A DNA stretch of 62,897 nucleotides, counting the filler, from Aduncisulcus paluster (taxonomy: Eukaryota): NCBI GenBank assembly GCA_024181965.1. It is 10 parts of 10 records of this genome, joined end to end, with 100 filler letters (N's around TTAATTAATTAA, not from the genome) between each part and the next. Parts side by side here need not be neighbours in the genome. Positions count along the whole stretch, not along the records: positions 31,296 to 50,142 come from BQXS01011364.1; 9 more parts are not named here. The stretch is one strand, 5' to 3'. The notes under the pieces are model-generated. The model saw nothing but the letters and a program-made list of their open reading frames with translations. It was not told the origin of the DNA and searched no databases. This document shows positions 35,201 through 44,900 of this stretch, piece after piece. Both the position numbers and the translations under genes were made by a program. Within the stretch, counting starts at the first letter, position 1, and each line of letters opens with the position of its first letter.

Positions 35201-36672
35201 ATGTAGACGGAATGGCACGTGATGGTCTTCGTACCCTTGTGTTTGCTGAGAAAGAGGTAGAGGAAGAAGAATGGTCTCGGTGGAAGGTCATGTATGACGA
35301 AGCAAAGGCCAGTGTTGTTGATCGAAAGGAACGTGTTTTGCGAGTTGAGAATGAACTCCTTCAGAACATGACATTGTTATCTATTTCTGGTGTTGAGGAT
35401 TTGTTGCAACAGAATGTGCGTACATCCCTTGAGAGTCTGCGTAAGGCAGGGATTAAAGTATGGATGCTCACTGGTGATAAGGTTGAGACTGCCAAATGTA
35501 TTGCTCGTTCCACTTCTCTCGTCGATAGGACTCAAGGATTCTCACAGATCATTGGGAAAGACGAGGATGCTATAAGGAGGAAATTAAAACAACACATTAA
35601 GAATGGTGATGGTAATTGTCTTGTTGTCGATGGAAACACTCTCTTAGTTGCTCTGGCTGATTATCCGGCGGATGGGAGAGTGTCTGACGCTGGATGTTGT
35701 TCAGGAATCCCTCAAAATGGTCCCGGATCTCTTGGAGGTGGTGATAGTCTTGGAGAATTATTGATAGAAACTGCTTGCGCTGCTCCATGTGTTGTTTGTT
35801 GTCGTGTTAGTCCCAACCAGAAGGCTCAGATGGTTAATCTCGCAAAGAAATACACTGGTTTGCAGACTGCTGCCATTGGAGATGGAGGTAACGATGTTAG
35901 TATGATCCAAGCAGCTGATTTGGGTCTTGGTCTTGTTGGTAAAGAAGGGAAACAAGCTGCCATGGCTAGTGATTTCTCTATCGATAAATTTTATTATGTT
36001 TTGAGACTATTGTTTTGGCACGGAAGGAATTGTTATACCCGTGGAGCACACATGACTCAGTTTGTCTGTGCCCGTGGTCTTGTCATATCTATTCTCCAAG
36101 CAGTGTTCAGTGCATTATTCTATTTCTCCTCCATGTCTCTCTTCTCTGGGTTTTTATTGATGGGTTACAGTGTGTTCTATACATCTTTACCAGTATTTGC
36201 TATGTGTTTTGACTATGATGTAGATAGTAACAAAGTGTTATTGTACCCAGAGCTTTATAAAGAGGTTGCAAGGGGTAAGGTTATGAGTAAGAAAACATTT
36301 GGAATTTGGATAATCAATTCAATATACCAAGGTGGTGCAATTATGATATTAACGATTATTTTATTCCACCAGAACTTTTATAGTGTTGTTGGAATTAGTT
36401 TCACTGCTTTAATTCTCATTGAGTTGCTTACTCTGCTCTTTACAGTGCATCATTGGACTTGGCAAATGATTGTGACTGAGATTCTGAGTGTCATTTTGTA
36501 TTTCGGGTCTTTATTCCTTCTCAAGAGCTATTTTGATTGGACTTTTATGATGCGTTGGCCTTTCTGGTGGCGTGTAATCATCATTACTCTCATTGCTTAC
36601 CTTCCTGTCAGGCTGGCACAGTGGATTAACGAAAAATGGGTCAATCCGCCAATGCAAACGAAATTGAAATGA
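32266..36672 (+). CDS. ATP9: P4-ATPase phospholipid flippase, ATP9/Neo1 class, with large low-complexity inserts
   Basis: LDGETDWKLR, IPISL, DKTGTLT, YQASSPDE, KGAD, TGDK, GDGGND; transmembrane segments. Confidence 0.95.
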   Translation: MGVERTIPLNSNIFTSNNEIPFNDNYVRSAKFNILTFLPIVLYEQFKQFNNFYFLVVTLSQFVPIFSVGYLFTFLVPLLFVLAIALFKEGYDDIQRHKRDKIFNSAEYIKLDSESPSGSVVKAMDIKVGDIIVVKPNQRVPCDCILLKTSQHTGATFIRTDQLDGETDWKLRRSIDFTQNLPSISSLLSQKAEIYAEAPHKKIYDFIGKATFHHPPRVSSSSSPSAISTRSPSPQITMLPSVAETTFDKEDLSGAEEDSCGISVSYSSGEKKENLLFDMDKLRDTMTTEPRSHSKQPGSKKRRKKKRRKKTHAQTTAISAYDDDIIHGMSDIVPNFSSKDALSLSDMLDHSGSRMSGGGSTSEKKVTVSGDSKKIGGKPSSSSSSSSSSSSSSSSSSSSSNPSEAAKIVGGDDLSPTATSFNPNSNDTETTVESLSLENTLWMNTILASGIAVCMVIYTGNETRAVLNTTKPRMKRGKFDDEINDFSKLLLVVMFILSFLEVAGSGFKSTWWLDFIRFILLFSAIIPISLAVNLDISKIVYQIFIQTDRKIPHTLVRSSHLPEQLGRVRFLFSDKTGTLTQNEMVFKKLHVGVQCVGSDELGLIRRKVREGLREEKEKNTRQRTGRGRGGTMVEESESESQASVSHSLTSTALLHHSTHGGTHHGGSHGSKKHHRHGKHYRSMISSSSSRGSHSGRAGQVSLSTLLFHSIRACALCHNVTPVQNKGSDDLEEDDWSLCDVVKNIVTIDEVGEDGKPMKKKGKGKGRGKDKDGQQSSSLLNGDADDEEDSLEPGCCTKCMRIGEVEDDEDIKRREKRREKREKEERKRRKKEQKNRKMQSSGSSKDGRFEHTHSTSLLAAIDEGEEHDDEDDSSEDSDDDIPSVTYQASSPDEVALVKFSESVGLTLSERELNWMRITTPSGGSLVYDILEIFPFSSVTKRMAIVVRARDTGKILIIVKGADSVIQSMIRSEGSEWLSENVDGMARDGLRTLVFAEKEVEEEEWSRWKVMYDEAKASVVDRKERVLRVENELLQNMTLLSISGVEDLLQQNVRTSLESLRKAGIKVWMLTGDKVETAKCIARSTSLVDRTQGFSQIIGKDEDAIRRKLKQHIKNGDGNCLVVDGNTLLVALADYPADGRVSDAGCCSGIPQNGPGSLGGGDSLGELLIETACAAPCVVCCRVSPNQKAQMVNLAKKYTGLQTAAIGDGGNDVSMIQAADLGLGLVGKEGKQAAMASDFSIDKFYYVLRLLFWHGRNCYTRGAHMTQFVCARGLVISILQAVFSALFYFSSMSLFSGFLLMGYSVFYTSLPVFAMCFDYDVDSNKVLLYPELYKEVARGKVMSKKTFGIWIINSIYQGGAIMILTIILFHQNFYSVVGISFTALILIELLTLLFTVHHWTWQMIVTEILSVILYFGSLFLLKSYFDWTFMMRWPFWWRVIIITLIAYLPVRLAQWINEKWVNPPMQTKLK

Positions 36673-36787
36673 TCGCCATTTCCTCCTCAACTTTGATTAT
36701 TTGTGTGAATAATACTCCGATTTCTTGTCTGACCAGATTCCTAGCGATTCATTTCTAAATTTTAGAATCTAAAATAAACACTAATTT

Positions 36788-36916
36788 ACTAAATTATTTA
36801 GTGACTAAATTGTCACTTTAGGCCTTTGAGAGGTCTCATAAGTATGGGTATAAATAGCCAAAATACCCTCAGGGTACGAAGGCTTCGAGATCTCGTTCCA
36901 GGACCGAAGCGGGATC
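36788..36916. ncRNA. Candidate structured RNA or inverted-repeat cluster
   Basis: Consecutive stem-loops in a GC-raised intergenic island; no family motif recognised. Confidence 0.25.
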
Positions 36917-37127
36917 AATAATTAGGTCATGATTATTACAACCTTGATGATCAAGAATTATAATAATTACCCAATATCCAGAGAAATCTCATTAATAGAT
37001 TGACAACTCCAGTAAATCAAATGCTTTAGTAGTAGAGCAACGACAGTTTCTATAGAATGAAATGATTCACACAACCCAAATAAGGATGCAAACAATCAAT
37101 ATTCTTAACAATTTTGAATTAATCTCT

Positions 37128-37818
37128 TTACACAATTGTCTCGGGAAATATGGATAAGATTGCCCCATATCTGTATAGAGCAGATTCAGCAGTGATTGTT
37201 CCAGCAACACTCCCACTTTCTACATATGGGTAAAAGGAATGATAACAAAACAAAATTATGCGTATTAATTAAAAGATCATGGATAGACAATGAATATTAA
37301 TCATAAAACATACCTTCAGATACAATTTTTAATTCTTGGTCTTTGGCAATTTCCAGCTTCATTCAATTAAGTTTAACNNNNNNNNNNNNNNNNNNNNATA
37401 TGGATAAGATTGCCCCATATCTGTATAGAGCAGATTCAGCAGTGATTGTTCCAGCAACACTCCCACTTTCTACATATGGGTAAAAGGAATGATAACAAAA
37501 CAAAATTATGCGTATTAATTAAAAGATCATGGATAGACAATGAATATTAATCATAAAACATACCTTCAGATACAATTTTTAATTCTTGGTCTTTGGCAAT
37601 TTCCAGCTTCATTCAATTAAGTTTAACTCAGAATTAATAAATATCAAGTTTCAAAAAGAAAGATTTCCCAAAAATGAACATACTTTTTCTGCAGCAAGAC
37701 GCGCTACCACTCTCATTGGAACATCACGCATGACATTCACGACAACTTGCTTACGAGATGACAATTGAAAGGACGTATTGATAATAAAAGTAATCTTTTT
37801 CTTAGGATACTTATCCAT
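37128..37818 (-). CDS. UFM1-like ubiquitin-fold protein, 89 aa, 3 exons (37818-37684, 37606-37564, exon 3 complete at 37219-37128), no C-terminal Gly
   Basis: Spliced product MDKYPKKKITFIINTSFQLSSRKQVVVNVMRDVPMRVVARLAAEK-LEIAKDQELKIVSEE-SGSVAGTITAESALYRYGAILSIFPETIV* is collinear with recalled UFM1; 37148-37377 duplicated at 37398-37627. Confidence 0.75.
37470..37563 (-). other. Spliceosomal intron 2 of UFM1-like gene (94 nt, phase 1)
   Basis: GTATGT...GTAG, restores frame. Confidence 0.75.
37607..37683 (-). other. Spliceosomal intron 1 of UFM1-like gene (77 nt, phase 0)
   Basis: GTATGT...GAAG, AT-rich, restores frame. Confidence 0.75.
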
Positions 37819-37846
37819 TGTTAATGGAGTTCTCTGTTTGGTTGTC

Positions 37847-37904
37847 AAAACGTCACTTTTGTGTGTGAATAAACCAGCCTGGCCAAAAAAAAAACGTCAC
37901 TTTT
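37847..37904. promoter_or_regulatory. Two copies of AAAACGTCACTTTT upstream of the UFM1-like ATG
   Basis: 37847-37860 and 37891-37904; variant AAAACGTAACTTTT at 13864-13877. Confidence 0.35.
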
Positions 37905-38102
37905 TGAAAAAACGCCGTTCACAAGTAAATTGTTAAATTGATTTTTAAAATTGGGTTTTCGCATTAGTCAAAAAAAGAACCCCGTCGTTCAAAAGTTTTG
38001 AATCAAAACGATTTATTATAAGGTTTGATGAGTCATAAATGATTTTTTTCAGACCTAAAACATAATTGATTAATATTGATAAAAAAACCCAGTACATCAG
38101 AT

Positions 38103-40268
38103 TTACCTGCCCTTTCTAACAAGTTCAATTCCCAATTCTTTACCTCTCTCTTTTTCTGCGGATAAATTTGACAAATAATCTTTGAATAAAGTAAAAATGG
38201 CACCATGCAATGCCTTTGATTGTTCCTCGCTCAAATCTGCGCTCAGAATTTCCTTTTTAATCTCCATTCCCTTTTGAACCCTTGACTTGACAGCATCAAC
38301 ATATTCAGACGGCCAAGATATTGGGCATATCATTGTTGGAGCATGTTTTGCATCCTTTGCGTCCCTTATTTTTCTTATTGTGGGACCCTTCTCTTCCTCT
38401 TTATCTTCATCTGAAGGACTCTCATCACCCCCTTCTCCCCTCAGCACACCGTTGAAGGGAAGGTCAATTGGAAAGACAAAGGGGAGGAACTCGACGGGAT
38501 TCATTAAAGGAGGGGGGATCTGAACACCCCTTTCTCCGATTCCTCGTAATCTCATACGCTGCTTCCATTGAGAATTGGAGCAACAATATAACAGACCTGC
38601 GAGACGAATATCCTCCATAAGTTGTGGATAAAATGTAGAGAAAGGTGCAACGATAGTCTGTCCTGTCTCTGATGCCGATGAAGGCTTTGAACAGATAAAG
38701 ATTGGAGGCACAGCAGATGCGATGCGTATCTCGCACCCAACGCATGATTCCACTCTCATGCATCCACACACAGCATGCACGACAGTATTAGTACACCCAG
38801 ATACCACGACTCCACCTGCCACAGCTCCACAGCATATGATACATTCCTCACACCCGGTTATAAGGATGTGAGATAGGTAAGATGGGACAAGAATAGAACA
38901 ATAAGCACACCCTGCAATACGAAGCACAGGTGGAGGAGAGGCGGGGGAAGGGAGAGGAGGGGTCTGAGTGGAAAGAACAAGCTCAAAGGGATGCTGAGAG
39001 GTTGCGGTTGATGGCATTCCATCGATCGCTTGGAGAGGGTTTGGAGAAGAGACTAAACCGCTCTGAAGGTCTGCACCGTGTTTCTCACCAATCTTGAAAC
39101 GACCATCAGGGGACACGACAACCAATCTGCGGGTGAGTTTGTTGACATACAACACTCCAGTGATATCGCTTGAAGCACCTTTCTTGGTATCACTGTCATC
39201 TCTACTCTCACTCCTTTCAAAGGCAGAAGTGAATGTGAGACCGTCATCCTCATCACTCTCACTGTCTTCACCATAGTCCAGTGGAGTGACACGACCCAAG
39301 CTATCGTCAAAGGACCCTGGAGTTGTCAAGGGTGTGACAGCTGGAAGGATCGAAGAACGTTCACCCTCAGGAACAGACGATGCGAGAGAAGGTGTAGACT
39401 TATGCATTAATGGTTCAGAATACTCCTCATCTTTCGATAAACCGACCTTAACCATAGAAGGAGTCGTTGAAGAGTCATCTGTCACACCCTCATCTGAATG
39501 TCCAAGAAGAGCCTCACATGAACGCACACGGGGGAAATATGTCCCCGGAACCATGATATTCTTCTGAATGAGATGTGATATGGTATGAACTGTAGAGTTT
39601 GAGGAAATGGAGGGGATCTTTTGCATCTTGAACAACCACCGAAGTCCACGAAAGGCCCTAGCAGAGATCGTGAGATGATTAGCACTAACTCGACCACCCA
39701 AAGGTTCCTCTGGATGGGTACTTGCCTCAGCTAAGGCTATTGATGATAATAAAAGCGTAATGTTAAGGGAGATGTATTTCACAGCTAAATTTCTATCAAC
39801 TACTCCTCTATTATCCTTTGAAGCAATATTTTCTGGCCAAGCATCCCCAGCACGATGCCTAGCAGTCTGAGAATCTTTCTGAGAAGTATATTTCCGGAAA
39901 AGAAGAACGAATAGAAAACACATAAACTCAGAGGAACAAGCTGGAGCTCGACATCTTTTTTGAACAGATTTAATAGATTTAATTTGAGTAAATGATGAAG
40001 GTGTTGGTTTCTCAGGATTTTCACACAATAGCTCTGGAGCACGTGAAAGATTGAAAAATTCAAAAAGAAGAATGGCTTGTTTATCTGGAATGCTTAAAAA
40101 TTTGGATGCAATCATAATCCATGTTGGTAAAGTTATTATTCCATTGTTTTCACAATCAGCGAGCCCTATCAATTTACCGATTGAAGGGAGCTTTTTGAGA
40201 TCTAAACTACAAGAGATACTGATTGGAAATGTGCATTGATCAAATACACGATATCTAACAACGAACAT
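38103..40268 (-). CDS. TBCCD1: TBCC domain-containing protein 1
   Basis: Cys-rich beta-helix repeats (ITGCEEC..CGAVAG..VSGCTN..RVESC) followed by APFSTFYPQL. Confidence 0.85.
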   Translation of the reverse strand: MFVVRYRVFDQCTFPISISCSLDLKKLPSIGKLIGLADCENNGIITLPTWIMIASKFLSIPDKQAILLFEFFNLSRAPELLCENPEKPTPSSFTQIKSIKSVQKRCRAPACSSEFMCFLFVLLFRKYTSQKDSQTARHRAGDAWPENIASKDNRGVVDRNLAVKYISLNITLLLSSIALAEASTHPEEPLGGRVSANHLTISARAFRGLRWLFKMQKIPSISSNSTVHTISHLIQKNIMVPGTYFPRVRSCEALLGHSDEGVTDDSSTTPSMVKVGLSKDEEYSEPLMHKSTPSLASSVPEGERSSILPAVTPLTTPGSFDDSLGRVTPLDYGEDSESDEDDGLTFTSAFERSESRDDSDTKKGASSDITGVLYVNKLTRRLVVVSPDGRFKIGEKHGADLQSGLVSSPNPLQAIDGMPSTATSQHPFELVLSTQTPPLPSPASPPPVLRIAGCAYCSILVPSYLSHILITGCEECIICCGAVAGGVVVSGCTNTVVHAVCGCMRVESCVGCEIRIASAVPPIFICSKPSSASETGQTIVAPFSTFYPQLMEDIRLAGLLYCCSNSQWKQRMRLRGIGERGVQIPPPLMNPVEFLPFVFPIDLPFNGVLRGEGGDESPSDEDKEEEKGPTIRKIRDAKDAKHAPTMICPISWPSEYVDAVKSRVQKGMEIKKEILSADLSEEQSKALHGAIFTLFKDYLSNLSAEKERGKELGIELVRKGR

Positions 40269-40756
40269 AATGGGGATAACGGAAAGAAATGATCCATCGT
40301 GCTAAAGAAATCCAACAAGCAAACTCAGAGGGATCAAAGCCTAGGAATATATTTGCTACATTCATGATTTTTTTATTTAAGGTTTTAAAATGCAGATAGA
40401 GACTGAAATTCCATGTCTAAAAAGTTGAACATCATCCATCACTTAATTAAAGACTATATGAATATAATACCAAAAATATATAATAATTATGCTTATTAAA
40501 TATTGAGAGTTTTAACCTTTAACCGAAAATACAACGATTAACCGTTGTGGGAGTTATCGAAGAAACGGGAGGTTGTATCATTATATGAATCAAGTTGAGC
40601 CAAGAATATTATAAAGTAAAATAAAGATTGTGTTCACAGTTGCAATTAAAGTGCGTGACAACGCTGCTACTTGCCATTTACGTATCATCATTCTATTTTG
40701 GGATCTCCATACATGAATCTTCCATTCAATCAATTTTGGAGGCCTTTTCTTATCAA

Positions 40757-41575
40757 ATGAGTTTGCCAATTTCATTTGAACTTTCTGCCCTTTATAAATT
40801 GTTGAATGGTATTCATTCTAGCCTCCCTGAGCCCACCCTGGGTTCTCTGGTTGGTTGCAAGACAAAGCATGGAATATACATAGCTGAGTGTTTGTTCCCA
40901 TCTGATGAAAGGTCTGAAGATGATAAAGAAAGATATCGTTTAAAGATGCTCGAATGTTATCGTGAATTAGGAATCGAATATGATATTGTTGGATTATTTA
41001 CCACTTCTCATGGGTCGTCACATTTAGATGAAGAAATTATCAAATTACAAGCCGATTATCAAAAAAGAAACAAGGAAAGTGTGTTAGTATTATATGATCC
41101 CGCCTCAATTAGTGGTGGATCTATGAAATTGACTGCCGTTCAATTGAAACCTAGATTCCTTGAAGTATTCTCTTCCACAGGTGAAATATTCCCATCTGAT
41201 CATGATCAAGTGAGAAGATATTCATTGGATACAAAGATTTTTGATTTCGTTCCAATTTCCTTCGAAAAGAATATGTTTATTGAAAATGCCGTGAGCTCTT
41301 TGAAAGTTATCGCACCAGAAGTCACAGAGGCCCCCATCCATGCCCCTATTTCTGATGTTCCTGCAATCAATTCCTCCATTCACAGTCTTATCTCTTCTTT
41401 CGAAAGTATTTCCCAGGCTGAGAAGAAAAAAACATCTAGATCGTCTCATTCAAAGGGTGAAAAATCCAATACTTTCCGTGAATTGTGTGTTTCTGACTCA
41501 TTATGCTCTGCCACAAAAGATGTCGTGGTAAGTCTTAAAGCTAAGTGTGATACATATGAAAAGACCTTTAAATAA
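40757..41575 (+). CDS. EIF3H: Translation initiation factor 3 subunit H (MPN domain)
   Basis: YRLKMLECYRELGIEYDIVG, QADYQ..KESVLVLYDP..GSMKL match the eIF3h pattern; ATG at 40757. Confidence 0.85.
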   Translation: MSLPISFELSALYKLLNGIHSSLPEPTLGSLVGCKTKHGIYIAECLFPSDERSEDDKERYRLKMLECYRELGIEYDIVGLFTTSHGSSHLDEEIIKLQADYQKRNKESVLVLYDPASISGGSMKLTAVQLKPRFLEVFSSTGEIFPSDHDQVRRYSLDTKIFDFVPISFEKNMFIENAVSSLKVIAPEVTEAPIHAPISDVPAINSSIHSLISSFESISQAEKKKTSRSSHSKGEKSNTFRELCVSDSLCSATKDVVVSLKAKCDTYEKTFK

Positions 41576-41961
41576 GTTATTTTTTGTATGAAATGAACAA
41601 TAATACCTCCACCATAATAAAATATAAAGAAAGGCGCTGCCTTCAACTCATTGTTTTCGATTGATTTATTTTTCTGGAAAATGGAATCATATATTCTCGG
41701 TGATTATTTCATATCAATCATAAAATGAATGAACTAATTTTGAATTCTTAATGTAATATTGATGGATATCTTAAATTTGGAGTGATCTAGAGAAATTCTT
41801 GTATCACAGGCGTGGCGTGTACAAGGAGAAAATAAAACTGAAAGAAAATTACAATATATAGCATCAAAATCCATTATGATAATTTAGTTCCTCATTGGTA
41901 ATCGCACCGTCAGGACAGTTTGTTGACGTGTTCTGAAATTCACATTTTGATCCAAAATCGC

Positions 41962-44900
41962 ATGACATCACCAATTACCAGGGAGGAAATTGCCAAATTA
42001 GTGGCTACACATGGAGTTTCTCTGGACTCAATTTCCCCTAAAACCTTGTCAATCGGATCAGCTATGGTTGGAGTTGTAGAGAGTCATCCCGATGATACTA
42101 CATCCCTCTTCTTACTGGACCTTACTTCTAATGAAGGTAGACGTACCCCTAGCCCCGTTTCTATGGTTTCTGTTCACCCTTCGAAGAAGGTATTTGCTGT
42201 CCGTGGTGAAGCTCAAATTTCCGTTATTGATCAAGAGAATCGGCAAAAGTTTTCTCTTAAATTTGAAGAAGAAGTTCTTTTCATGAAATTTATGACCGAT
42301 GATATCTTTTCCATTGTTACTCCTTCTGCTGCTTACTTCTGGGTGTTTTCCCGTGAAACCCATGGTGTCGTGTCCGAAGGAAAAGGTACCCTTGCCCGTG
42401 TTTTTGCTATGGAAGCTGATATGGCCTCCATAACATTGACTGATATGATTATTTCTCCTTCTAAAGAGTTCTTCCTTCTCACTGGTGAGGGAAGAGCTTT
42501 CCTATACTCTAAAAAAAGCAAATCTGGAAGAATCTTGCCAGCTTTCGCCGGATCTTTCGCTTCTATCAATGTTGCCCCCGGCTGTCCCGCTGCCGAAGTC
42601 TTTGCCTTTGCCACTATTTCTGACAATGTTGCTCGTCTCAATGTCACTGAATTAAACCCCGTGAAGAAAGAGGATGGAACCACTGAAAGTGGATTTGTCA
42701 AGCGTGTTGTCGAATTGGGCCCATGCAACAACGATTACCCCATTTCTTTGACCATTACTTCCCATGGCTTTGCTTTCGTTCTGTTCAAGAAAGGATCTCT
42801 TCGTGTCGTTGATTTGGGCACTGGTCTCATGTTTTACTCTGTCAGGAGTGTGTGTGGTTCCGATTTGCTCACTGCTGTTCGCACCGACACTGGAATGGTT
42901 GCGGGCTCTGTTGCTGGTCACATCCTTCGGTTTGCCGTGAAAGAGGATCGTGTTATCCCTCACATTATTACAGCCAGACATGACCCTGAGAACGCCTACG
43001 TTATTGCTGAACGTACCAAGCTCCCCGGTGGAGATGCTCTCTTCTCCCACCGTTTCGGTCATCTCTTCTCCTCCAACCAGTTCAAGGCTGCCGCCGAAGT
43101 TGTCGGTAAATCTCCCGGCACCACTTTGAGAAACATGGAGACTCTCAAGCGTTTCATTGATGCTGGTAACGATCCCGTCAGTAATGCTCCTGCTTTCCTC
43201 ATCTACCTCTCTACCTTGATGAGACATGGTCCTCTTACCAGTGAAGAGAGTGTTGAGCTTGTTAAGCGTATTGTTGCCCAAGGAAAGACCGATGTCCTTC
43301 ACAATTACATCCGTGACAAAAAGATCACCTGCAGTGAGGAACTTGGTGATTTCCTTCGTTCCAGTGCTCTTGAGAAGGAAGCCTTCATTGTCTATCACAC
43401 TGCTGAGGCCAAGCATAAGGTTGTAGCTATCTATGCTTCTCGTGGTGAGTTTGACAAGATCATTGGGTATTGTGAGAAGACAGCTTATGTCCCCGATGTT
43501 GGGAAGCTTATCCACGTCATTGCCACTCGTGACCCAGACAATGCCGTCAATCTCGCCCGTAAGTTTGCTGAGAAGATCCCTGATTGTGATGTCCCTGCTA
43601 TGGCTGAGAGTCTTGCTAACCTTGGTCTTGTCAAGGATGCCACTGGTCTCATATTATCTCAGATCAAGGCCAAAGAGTTCAACGAAGAGACTGCTCCTCT
43701 TCAGACTCGTCTTCTTGAAATCAACATCCGTGCCAATCCCGAGACTGCCGCCACCATCCTTGACCGTGGTATTTTGAAGTTCTATGATGCCAGTGTCCTT
43801 GCTCCTCTCTGCGAGGAAGCCCGTATGTTCAGTCATGCTGTCCGTATGTACTCCAACTCTGCCGACAAGCGTCGTGTTGTAGTTAACCACACCAAGGACC
43901 TCCAACCTGTTGATGTCGCTGAGTACGCCTCTATGCTGGAAGATGCCTCCGAGATTCAGGATCTCCTCCGTTCTCTCCTCACTGCCAATCTTCGTGCCAA
44001 TCTCCAGCATGTTATTGCTGCTGCCGTTGTCAGTGTTCACCATTTGTCCCCCAACGGTGTCGTCAGTCTCCTTGACGAGTTCCGTTCTCACGAGGGTGNN
44101 NNNNNNNNNNNNNNNNNNCCGTATGTACTCCAACTCTGCCGACAAGCGTCGTGTTGTAGTTAACCACACCAAGGACCTCCAACCTGTTGATGTCGCTGAG
44201 TACGCCTCTATGCTGGAAGATGCCTCCGAGATTCAGGATCTCCTCCGTTCTCTCCTCACTGCCAATCTTCGTGCCAATCTCCAGCATGTTATTGCTGCTG
44301 CCGTTGTCAGTGTTCACCATTTGTCCCCCAACGGTGTCGTCAGTCTCCTTGACGAGTTCCGTTCTCACGAGGGTGTCTTCTTGTTCCTGCACCAAGTGAT
44401 ATCAGAAGTCGATGATCCTGACATGCACTTCCGTTACGTCGAAGCTGGTGTCAAGACTGGGAACGCTGGTGCTCTTGACGGGTTCTTGCGTACCTCCGAA
44501 CACCTTGATGCTCAAAGGACTCTCACTTTCCTCAAAAACGAGCAGCTTGATGATGTCAAACCTCTCATTGTTCTTTGTGATCGTTTCGATTACATTGATG
44601 AGCTCATCTCCCATCTCTTAGCTCATAACCTTGAGCGTGCCATTGAAGCCTATGCTCTCAAGTTCAACCCTGCCAAGATCCCTGATGTCGTTGGTGCTCT
44701 TATTGACCATGAAGCTGATGATGATCTTGTCACTCGCCTCATCCAAGAGGGTCGTAATGCCGTCGATATCTCCTTGTTGTGCGATGAATGTGAGAAGAGG
44801 AATAAGTTGTCTGTGCTCAGAGCCATGCTTGAGACCCGTGTGAGTGAGGGTGCATGTGATATTGAGACCCACACTGCTCGTGTGAAGGTCCTTGTCCTCG

